Shown: piece by piece, positions 24,347-34,830 of the stretch
How the letters are laid out: each line of letters opens with the position of its first letter
Numbering within the stretch: the stretch's first letter is position 1
Assembly: GCF_963921235.1 (NCBI RefSeq)
Contig: NC_086097.1
Coordinates: forward strand, 147,872,001 to 147,936,000
Direction of reading: 5' to 3'
Length of the DNA stretch: 64,000 nucleotides
Source of the DNA: Mobula hypostoma
Taxonomy: Eukaryota
Program-made: the position numbers and the translations under genes
Notes under the pieces: model-generated
The model's input: the letters and a program-made list of their open reading frames with translations, nothing else
Told to the model about the DNA's origin: nothing
The model's database searches: none

Positions 24347-25269
24347 TTCGTTTCCACAGATGCTGCCCGACCTGCCAAGCTCCGCCAGCGTGTTGTGCAT
24401 GTTGCTTAATTTTTAGTACAGGTCTTGCCTAGTTTCCAGTTTCAATTTGGTTTTGTTCCCGTTTAGTCAAACACATTTATTGTAAGTGTATGTCTGTTTG
24501 ATGACTGATTTTTTTTCCCTGCTATTTGTTCTTTTCTCAATTCAATTTTGCTTTTTGTATTTTGATCAGGAAGCTTCTTGGATACTAAGGAGTTGAACTT
24601 AAATGTAGGATGATCATTGTTTTAATATTTTAAATTTTAAACTGTGAAATTGTCTCACTCCCTTGATTTTTTTCCAAATCCAGTAATCCCTCATGTAGAT
24701 TAAAGCAGGTTGGTAGTTTGTACAGTCTTTTAACATTGTCCCTCATGAATCTGAATTGACATGCTTGGGTATGAAACTCTTTTAGCTCTATTATCTTGCA
24801 TGTAATTTAATGTCTTTTTGTTTACTTGGTCAATTAACTCCAAAACCTGAGACAATAGTAAAGTGCATTAGGGTTACTTAATTACCTTATTACCTTCACT
24901 ATAAAATGCCTTTAATATCATTATTCCTTTCTTTATAGTGTACAACATGAACCTATATAAAGATTAGACGGTGAATTGCATTTAATGTAAAATTGATATT
25001 GTTTTTTTTTACTAATTAGTGTCACTACTCTGGTGTTTATTTTCTGTCCCTGTTACAGTGCAAGAGCACCTTAGGCACTTCACAGCCATTTTCAGATAAA
25101 CAGATCTACTGTACATCCTACAAATTGCATTTATGTAGTTCCTTACACATAATAAAACATGCCAGGGACGTTCTGCATTATTTTGCAGAATTTGATATGA
25201 AACACATGAGGAGACTGGTCAAGAATTGCATTTCAGCATGGTCTTAATAGCTGAAAGTAGGACAAGGGA

Positions 25270-25995
25270 CTTCGCAAAGGCATGGACGTCAGCGAGTTAG
25301 ACCGGCAGAAAGGATATAAAGGAAGGCAATTTTTTCCTTAGTGGTTTGATTGAGGCACGACTACACAAGTGAGTGGACGTCAGCAAGTTAGACCAGCAGG
25401 AAGGATATAAAAGAAGACAGTTTCTCATCAGTGGTTTGATCGACGCCCCAACTGTGCAAGCACGTGGATGTCAGTGAGTTAGACCGGTGGGAAGGATTTA
25501 AAAAGAAGACAGCTTTATAGAGTGGGCATTGGAATAGAGGGAAACAGAGTAGGAGGGCTTTGCTTCAACAGGGCTTCGGTGATAACGGGTCGAGGCAAGG
25601 TAAGTTACTTGTGAAGAGTAGGAATAGAAAGTATATCTGTGAGGCTGTGTCGAGGATCAGAGGAATCTTGGGGTCTGAGTCCATAGGACACTCAAAGCTG
25701 CTGCGCAGGTTAACACAAGAGGGCACAGTTTTAAAGTGTTTGGAAGTAGGTACAGAGGAGATGTCAGGGGCAAGTTCTTTTACGCTGAGGGTGGTGAGTG
25801 CGTGGAATGGGCTGCTGGCGACAGTGGTGGAGGCGGATACGATAGGGTGTTTTAAAAGACTCCTGGATAGGTATATGGAGCTTTTAAAAATAGAGGGCTA
25901 TGGGTAACCCTAGGTAATTTCTAAAGTAAGTATATGTTTGGCACGGCATCGTGGGCGGAAGGGCCTGTATTGTACTGTGGGGTTTCTATGTTTCT
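25270..25995 (+). mobile_element. Internally deleted CR1-derived element: tandem-monomer 5' region + short RT remnant + CR1 3' end
   Basis: 91-bp tandem units (tgga(c/t)gtcag at 25283, 25374, 25465), then gaggatcagaggaatcttgggg..aaagctgctgcgcagg (cf. 39635-39685) joined to the CR1 3' end with a tttctatgtttcta tail. Confidence 0.75.
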
Positions 25996-26309
25996 AAGGG
26001 AGATAAAGTTAATAACTTTAGAAAAGTAATTGTAGAATTTTGAATGATGGGGTCCATAGTTCATTTGTTGTTGATGATGGGATCCAAGAAATCTTATACA
26101 GTACTCAAGTCAGTATGATAGCAATGAGTGCATGTGACATGCTTTGCTTGCAGCCTATTTCTATGAAAGAAATAAAAAAAAATCAGGTTGATAGGCAGAT
26201 GACCCCCACAACAAAGTCACATGTCTGTGAGGACATGCAGAGTAGAAATTTGCGGCCATGAAACTACTGTTGTTGGTAGTTGGTAGAGACTTGTAAGAGT
26301 GAGATAGAT

Positions 26310-28231
26310 CAGGGGTCCCCAACCTTTTTTGCACAGCAGACCGGTTTAATATTGACAGTATTCTTGCAGACCATCCGGGGGGGCGCGGGAGTGGTGTTAA
26401 TCATGACCGGAATATAGGATATAGGTGTTAAGTCACTTATGAGTGGCTAATACACTCAATTTTGTTTCCAGAAGGGTTTATCTAACAAACTTAATATTAA
26501 GTACAGTGCATATTTTCCTCGCATGAATATAGTGATAAGTCAATTATAAGTCATAAGGGGGTTCCTTATGTCCAGTTTTTTCCACAATTTAGTTTTCATT
26601 GCATTCATTACAGAAAACTCCACTTCACAGAGATATGATGTTGGAAACGGAAGCAACATTTTCAGTGCTTTCGTGGCTATCTCAGGATGTTCAGCCTTGA
26701 CTTTGATCCAGAATGCCGGCAGAGATGTTATGTTAAACATACTTTTCAGCCCACCGTCATTTGCAAGCTCAAGGAGTTGATCTTCTTCCCGCGCTGACAT
26801 GGATGATTCACCGGGGGCATTCACAAATGGGTTACGGACCCATTCCTTTGCATGTCTTGGGTCATTTGCAGTTGGGAAATAACGCTCGAATTCTGTCGAC
26901 AGCGAAGATAGGTGTTCATGAACCAGCTGGGAGCCTCAGTCTGTCCCAGATTCGCAGCTAATGTTGGGAACATGTCAAATATGCCCCTGTCCACTTGCCG
27001 TCCCCACAGTTTCAGTTTGGCTGTGAAAGCAGACACTTTATCTGCCAACTTGAAGACAGTTGTCATTCTCCCCTGAAGTGACAAATTGAGTTCCTTGAGC
27101 AGGTTGAAGATGTCACACAGATAAGCAAGTTTTGCTATCCACTCCTCGTCACTGAAGTGTGCTTCCAGTGGTGACTTTTTTCCCAAAAGAAATCTCTGTA
27201 GCTGCTCTCTTAACTCAAAAACCCTGGCCAAGGCTCTCCCCCTTGACAGCCACCTGACTTCAATGTGTAAGAGAAGGTGTTTGTGCTCTGCATTCATTTC
27301 CTCGCAAAGCTGCTCAAACAGACGTGAGTTAAAGGCTTTTGCTTTGATGTGATCGATAACTTCAACAACTTCACTCAATACGCTATTAAGATCAGGTGAC
27401 ATTTTTCAGCTAGCCAACATTTCCCTGTGTGTGACAGTATGTAGACTGGCATTCAGGAGCAACCTCTTTGACTTGGGTAGTGAAACCAGATTCGTTAAGC
27501 CGTTCCAACAGCTGTGCTTGAATGTCCTCTGCTATGTCATCAATTCTCCTTGAAACTGTGGTAGCTGAAAGAGAAACCTGTGCCATCTTTTTAGCTGCAG
27601 CTTCTCCCAACAGTTCACAGCACATGTCCTTGGCAGCAGGCAGAATCAATTCTTCACCAACAGTGAAAGGCTTCTTAGCCTTAGCAATATGGCTAGCCAC
27701 TAAGTACGACGCTCTCAGAGCAGCAGCATTTGTGGAGGTGGTAGCTCTCAGCACTTGCTTCTGTCCCGCTTGCTCACGTTTTTTCCGCTCAGAAAACTCA
27801 ACGGGTTTGCCTTTAAGTGCAGGGTGCTTGGACTCAAGGTGCTGAGGCAGTTTTGAGGACTTCATTGCCTCATTAGACAGCTTGTCTCCACATATCACAC
27901 ACAGGGGGCTTGGAGTGTGTGAGTCGCCAGTCGCAATAAAGCCATATTTTATGTACGACTCGTATTTTCTGTTGAAGGAAGCTTTTTTTTTGCAGTCTCG
28001 GCTTCAGCTGTCTCTGCGTTATCATCATCGTTAGGCCATTTATGTCCCCTACCATTTCTTCCAAAGAAACTCTCAAGCGACATTTGTTTTTCACTCATCC
28101 AGTAGTTGTAGGTTAATGACCAACTGATCTCCTCGTGTGCGTTCAAGTTCAACGGTGGGCTTGACAGAGAATGAGGAAAGGTGCAGTTGACTCATATCGT
28201 TTCCGCGCGGCCCGGTGGTTGGGGACCACTG
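26310..28231 (-). mobile_element. hAT (Charlie/Buster, ZBED5/SCAND3-like) transposon with both ends; transposase frameshifted and internally deleted
   Basis: TIRs CAGGGGTCCCCAACC / GGTTGGGGACCACTG and a perfect 8-bp TSD agatagat at 26302-26309 and 28232-28239. BED finger CVICGDKLSNEAMK..HLESKHP, EVRWLSRG, LAYLCDIF and FPTSYLCE motifs. Confidence 0.95.
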
Positions 28232-28239
28232 AGATAGAT

Positions 28240-28982
28240 TGGCTGGTTGCGTGGTGAAACAGCAGTCTCCCACTCAATGTCAGCAAGACCAGGAACAGAT
28301 TGTGGACTTCAAGAAGGGGAAGTTAGGAGGACATGCACCAGGCCTCATTGAGGGATCAGCTTCATAGTCCTGGGCGTAAATGTTTCCAAGGATCTGTCTT
28401 GGGCCCAATGCAGTCATGAAGAAGGCATGCTAGTGAGTCTACTTTGTTAGGAGTTGTAGGAGATTAGGTACACCACTTACAAATTTTTGACTCTTCAGAA
28501 ATTTCTACAGATGTGTGGTGGAGAGCATTTTGACTGATTGCACTTTTACTTGGTATGGAGCCTTCAAAGCACAAGATCACAAGAGGCTGCAAAGGGTTAT
28601 GGACTTAGCCAATGCTATCTCAAGCACAGCCCTTCCTACTCAAGGACTTCTTCAATGGGGGAGAGGATGGGGAAGTTTACCTAGAGGTGGCATCCATTAT
28701 TCAGGACCCTCACCTGGAACATGCCCTCTTTTTATCATTACCATGGGGGTGGAGGCACAGGGAAGTGAAGACCCATAATCAGCATTTTAAGAACAGCTTC
28801 TGCCCCTCTGCTGTCAGATTTTTGAATGGTCCATGAACTCGTAAACACTACCTTATTATTCCTTTGTCTACAGTATTTATTTATTTTTGTAATTTATAGA
28901 GTTTTGTATCTTTGCACCGTACTGCACCCACAAACAGCAATTTCCACATCATATGTCAGTGATAGTATACCTGATTCTGATC
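28240..28982 (+). mobile_element. Rex1/Babar LINE 3' part (host of the hAT insertion; starts ~26280)
   Basis: gagtgagatagat|tggctgg continuity across the hAT. VESILTDC..WYG and FKNSFCPSAVRFLN remnants; cctgattctgat tail. Confidence 0.8.
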
Positions 28983-30909
28983 AGAATTTATTCTGGTACA
29001 ACTCAGGCCTGTGTCTTTGCAAAATGGACATTTGAAAGGCGAGAAAAATACCATCTAGATGTGTAAACTTTCTCATTTGAAATCTGAAATTCTAATTGCC
29101 CTTCTGACTTTCCTTTGCTCTATTTAGTTTTTGTTTTGTTCAAATAGTAACATTTGCACTCCTGGCTGTGGGTTTAAGGGATGAATACGGTAATGTAAGT
29201 GACACTCCAGAACAGTACTGTTTGATTATGTTTTTCAATTCATCTGAGGCTGCATCTATTCTGGTTGATGAATTATTTCATAGGGATTATATTTATCACT
29301 TTTTATATTTGGCAAAAAAGTATCCCTGAGGGTCTATAAAATACTGTAATTTGTTAATTTTTATGAGCTTGCTTTGTGCAAACTGGCCGTAGCATTTCCT
29401 ATATTTGTCACAAATCTTCATTGAATGTATGCTGAAATGATCTCCACTGCAGGCATTGTTGCTTCATGTTATGCACATACATGTTCTCTGAACTTTAATT
29501 AAGTGGCCTTTAATTGTATTTATGCTTTAACACTAAATGTGTTACTAGATGTGTTACTCTTCTGATAGAATGTGTAAATAGTCAAAAGTTTGAACTCACC
29601 TGTTGCTTTTTCATTTACTTTCCCTAGAATATGGAAACTATTTCAAATATGTTGCAGATGCCCTGTTGTTATCAGTTAACTCTGAATAATCTGTGGCAGA
29701 TTTAGAATCCCTCTTGTGTATAGCTCAGTGCAACAGTGCATATTTATAAATGAGCTATTAGCACAGCCCTACAGTAAACAGGCTTCATACTCAAGTTGAT
29801 GAAACTATACTTTTATACTTCATCATTGGTCACAATTAGTACACTTACTTAAAAGTCTAATAAAATCATCTGACTAATTTACCCTCCTGCAGCTAAAATC
29901 TGTTGTCTGGGCTTCTTTTATCAGGATGGGCTTTGGCATTTGATAGCTACAGGCAAAATGATGTTCTGTGCATTAGAGAGGCTTTGGGACCAGGCACAAG
30001 AGACTGACTGTGTGTTTGGGATGTTGAAGAATAGGTGGAATTGGAGGTGTGTGGTTAGGTAAAAGATTGGGAGCAGGAAGCCAAACATATTTGGGGAAGT
30101 AATCATGGTTATATGGCGATTGATATGTTTGATGAAAAGATTAGGAAAATGGCAGTGTGTTTAATACAGAGAAATTGATGATTTTGGGGATATGGGTGTT
30201 AAGAGATTGGCAGTGTGTTTGGGGAAGCGAGCGAGAGCAGAAGATGAGCAATGTGTTTCGTGAGGAGTTTGGGAATGGGAGACTGGCAGTGTGAAGGTGA
30301 GGTATTGGAGGAAGATGGACAGTGTTTTGTTTGGTGTGGAAATCAGGCCAGATAAACCTTCTCTGTGGAAGGGGTTTGTCATATCAACAATTTACTTAGG
30401 AAGAAATTAGGATTGGGAATTCAATTGGGAAATGATCATTTAGCAGTTAGAGGGAAACTGCAATTTGCAAAACATCATGTTTCAGGGGAAGTAGGTGGAG
30501 GACGGATGTGCACCTTACGTGTGTTATATTTTTCCATATGATGCAAAACAATCTGGAAATGGTCTTATTTTCTTTCAAGTGTGAAACATAAGTGTTCAAT
30601 TTTTGTATGCTGAAAAATGTTGTTTTCTGCAACTAAATGTGTAAGTTGCCATTTCTAATTTTGCTGGAGCAGTTCCTATATAATCACTACTTATCCAGCA
30701 AATATTTCAGTTTACTTTGGCAAAAGAAAAACTACATCATTTTAACATGATTAAATGCTACAGCAAATTTATTGAACATTTTTATCATTTTGTAATTGCA
30801 TCAACTATGCACAAATATTGTCCAATATTTTCTGCTAAGCACTTTATTATAGAATGTGTACACTGTCAGAGTAAGTTGATGTTTCAACTTCAGTGAGATG
30901 TGTTGAATA

Positions 30910-31635
30910 TCAAAGGTTCAAAGGTACACTTAATGTCAGAGAAATATATACAGTATACATCCTGAAATGCTTTTTCTTCGCAACCATCCACGAAAACAGA
31001 GGAGTGCCCCAAAGAATGAACGACAGTTAAGTGTTAGAACCCCAGTAACCTCCCAGCTCCCCTCCCTCCTGCACATAAGCGGCAGCAAGCAACAATTCCC
31101 GCCTCTCCCCACCAGCAAAAGAAAAGCATTGGCACCCACCAGCGAGCACTTGAGCATGAGCAAAGCAACAGCAAAGACACAGACTTGCAATACTCCAAAG
31201 ACTACACTGTTCACCCAGCATTCGACATACCACAGTGTCTCTCTCTGCCTAATAAGGGAGAAAGAGATGTCTCCATTTCACAATGAGAGGAGAGACGTAA
31301 CAAACAACTCGCTGGTTTACCATGTTAAAAGTCTGTTACATCGCTTTTTTCGAGCTCGTGCCCAAAGATCTTGAGTCTCTGGGCATACAACCATAGAGCT
31401 TCTGACTCCCCTGACGACACATGGATCTCCTGCCGTGACACCGACCTTCGATCCGCCCATCTCCAGAGCCCCAAGATCCTAGGCTGAGCCCTTGGCATGC
31501 CAAACAATGGCTAGTTGTGAAACCCCGAAAGTGGGTCCTATTCCCGCAAAGAACCATAGTCAGCATGTAACTCTAGATCAGGGTCTTCAAAAGAACCCTG
31601 AAAGGGAAAAATAAAGGTCTTAAAGACAGAAATAG
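30910..31635 (-). mobile_element. Rex/Babar-type 3' UTR or non-autonomous retroposon
   Basis: tcaaaggttcaaaggt tail of the same style as the other Rex tails; no coding motif recognised. Confidence 0.45.
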
Positions 31636-34069
31636 AATATCCCGCACTTCAACATCGAGAAAGTAAAATGCAAGAAATTTGAATATTCGTGATGGAGTTC
31701 TGTATTTATTTAGCACAGGGGAGAATTATGAGGTCGGGAGACAAGACTGCTCCCACAGTAAGAACAGAAGAATAACCCAGACACACAGCCAATCTTGTGA
31801 CCAATCGACAAAATTACCCTCTTAGAGGGATTGAAAACAGACTGGCAAATTCATTTGAACACTTCCAAGTAGTTTGCTCAGTGGACGCTGTGAGTGCTTT
31901 TTCTGTTTGGATTTAAAATCTCCATCATTTTATTTGTTATCTGGAGGTTTTTAAATTAGCTGAATATTGCTAGTTCAGGATACTCAAGACTAAAGTCAAT
32001 GAAAAAGATCTCAATGTTTTATTGAAGACCCAGCCTGTCATGACACACAGCCAACTGGATGTTAGGAGAAGGGATACTTGATCCATTTACCTATTTCCCA
32101 ATAAAAAAGTGCCACTTAAGTGCCATAACTGTCACAGACACATTGGCCAATCTGTCCCATTTTTTGTTAGCTGTTAATATTCAGAGAATGGATTTGTGCT
32201 TCTATACATGGCAGAGCTATCTTTATCTCCCCAAATTCAAAGCATAGTTCAGATCAAGTATGCTTTAAAAAGGGGTCTGCAGGAAGAACATGGAATTGTG
32301 GTGGCACTGGTGGAGGTCATTTGACCTCTTAGAGTAATTGCGTTGGTTACACTCTTGCAAAATTATTTTCCTTCTAGATCCCTATCCAATTCCCTCTTGA
32401 AACTTTTGGTTGACTCTTTCCAAAATCCTAACAAAATTTAGTTTTCGTCTTTTCCTACATCTTTTGCCCATTGCTTTAGATGTGTATCCTGGTCTTGAGA
32501 AGTCACTCACAAGAACAGCTATTCATTCTGTATCCTATCCAAATGTGACCAGATCATAAGACATAGGAGCAGAATTAGGCCACTCAGCTTGTCGAATGTG
32601 CTCCTCCATTCCATCACTCTCCTGCCTTTTTGTAACCTTTGAAGCTCTGACTAACCAAGAGCCTATCAAGCTCCACTTCAAATTTATTCAAGCACAGCAC
32701 TTTGTAGCAATGAATTTTACAGATTCAGCATCCTGCAGCTTAAGAAATCCATTCTTATTTCTGCTGTAAGTGAACGTACCTCAATTCTGAGACTGCCCTC
32801 TGTTTCTACATTCACTCAGTATAGGAAACAACCTGTACAACCACTCTTGTCTATGCCTTTCAATATTTGATAGGTTTCAGTGAGATTCCCCCTCTACTCC
32901 CCATTCTTCTAAACTCCAGCAAGTACAGCCCCAGAGACATCAAAAACTCCTGAGAAGTTAGCCCTTTCATTCCTGGGATCATTCCCGTGAACCTTCTGGA
33001 TCCTCTTGAATACCCACACTTTTTTTTCTTTGATAAGGGGTTCGAAATTGTTCACAATGCTCCAATTACAGTCTGACCATTGCCATATAAAGCCTCAGTA
33101 TTACATCCATACTTTTATGTTCTAGTCATCTCGAAATGAATGTTAACGTTGCATTGGCATTCCTCACCACCGACTCAACCTGCAAGTTAACTTTTAGGGA
33201 ATCCTGCACAAGGACTTCCAAGTGCCTTTGCACTTACTATTTTGGAATTTTTTTCCCCGTTTAGAAAATAGTCTGTGCCTTTATTCCTATTACCATAATG
33301 CATGACCGTACACTTCCCAACACTATATTCCATCTGCCACTTCTTTGCCCATTCTTCCAATCTGCCCAAGTCCTTCTGCAGACTCCCTGTTTCCTCAGCA
33401 CTGCCTGCCCCTCCACCCACCTTTGTATCGTCTGCAAACTTGAACACAAAGCCATCAATTCCCACATCCAAATCATTGACACATAATGTGAAAAAGTATG
33501 GTGCCAATACCAACCCCTGTGGAACACCATTTGTTGCTAGCAGCCAAACAGAACAGGCCCCCTTTATTCTGACGCTGCTTCCTGCCAGTCAGTCAATCTG
33601 TTATCCAGCTTCTTAAAATGAAATGGCAAGGTTGCTGTCCAATGCGCCACAAGGTGTGGAAAGAAATCTTTCCTGTAATACCATGAGCTCTTATCTTGTT
33701 AAGCAGCCTTATGTTTGTCATCTTTTCAAAGGCATGCCTACTGAAAATCCAAATAAACGACATCCACTCACTCTTCTTTGCCTATCCTGCCTGTTATTTC
33801 CTCAAAGAATTCCAACAGATTTGTCAGGCAAGATTTCCCCTCAAGCGAACAATGCTGACTTTGGCCTACTTTATCATGCACCTCCAAGAACTCCAAAACC
33901 TCATCCTTAATAATAGACTCCAACATCTTCGCAACCACTGAAATCGGGCTAACTGGTTTCCTTTCTTCTGCCTCCCTCTCTTAAAAGGTGGAGTGATATT
34001 TGTGATTTTCCATCCTCTGGAATCATTTCAGAATATAGTGACTCTTGAATGAACATTAATGCTTCCTCA

Positions 34070-34279
34070 GGGCTGGCTGGTGGTGTAGTGGCATCAGCAC
34101 TGGACTCCAAGGCAGATGGTCCTGAGTTCAGACCCAGCCAGGTCCCAACCTGGGCTGCAGCAGTATTTGCGTGGAAGAAAAGCCTGGCAATCTACTTCCG
34201 TATCTTGCCATGAAAACCCAATGGACCCTATGGTCTGTGAGGTCATGAACAGTCGGACTCGACTTAACGACTGAACAAC
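34070..34279 (+). mobile_element. tRNA-headed SINE with RTE/BovB-like tail
   Basis: Perfect 12-bp TSD aatgcttcctca at 34058-34069 and 34280-34291. A box tggtgtagtgg, B-box-like gagttcagacc, tail agtcggactcgacttaacgactgaacaaca. Confidence 0.88.
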
Positions 34280-34649
34280 AATGCTTCCTCAATCTCTTCA
34301 GCTACCTCTTTCAGAATCCTGTGGTTAGTCCATCTAGTCCTGCTTCAGACTCTTCAGCTTCCCAAGCATCTGCTCCTTAATAATAGCAACTACACTCACT
34401 TCTGCTCCCAAAACTCTTGAATTCCTGGCATACTGCTAGTGTATTCCACAGTGAAGACTGATGCAAAATACTTAAGTTTGTCTGCCATTTCTTTGTCACC
34501 CATTATTATTATTTTTCTGCCATCATTCCTACTAGTGTCCCCTTCCCATCAACTCTGGCCAGCTACTCTCTCATGCTTCTGTAATTACCTTTACTCCACT
34601 GTAATACTGATACATCTGACCTAATCTTCTCCCTTTCAAACTGTATAGT

Positions 34650-34830
34650 TATGTTGTTATTTCTTTCCACACCTTGTGGCGCATTGGACAGCAACCTTGC
34701 CATTTCTTTTTAAGAAGCTGAGTTGCTAGCTCGACACTCAACCCAGCACAAATAGAAAGTATGCAAGGATTCGAACCCATGACCATTCACCTCGAAATCC
34801 GGTGCTGATGCCACTACACCACAGGCCAGC
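34650..34830 (-). mobile_element. tRNA-headed SINE (same head as 34070, different body)
   Basis: Minus strand gctggcctgtggtgtagtggcatcagcaccgga..gggttcgaatcc; body ends ggtgtggaaagaaataacaac. Confidence 0.8.

Larger units (their letters stand above)
23654..24406 (-). mobile_element. Penelope-like element (PLE): GIY-YIG endonuclease C-terminus, 3' pseudo-LTR and inverted 5' pseudo-LTR copy
   Basis: ORF 24003-24236 VATHFN..HSDMSINGL..RLEEQHLIYRLGSLPPLGMN is the PLE GIY-YIG tail. ~180-bp inverted arms at 23654-23833 and 24227-24406. Flanking direct repeat tgcttaatttttag at 23642-23655 and 24403-24416. Confidence 0.9.

Noticed and set aside
25270..25520. Regularly spaced repeats as a CRISPR array
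   Set aside because: The whole 91-bp unit repeats with no unique spacers, the context is eukaryotic, and there are no cas genes.
26540..28152. Host ZBED5/SCAND3/FAM200-like gene
   Set aside because: Frameshifted, internally deleted and bounded by TIRs and a TSD, so it is a transposon copy.
34070..34145. tRNA gene
   Set aside because: A/B-box head without a full cloverleaf, continuing into a SINE body bounded by a TSD.
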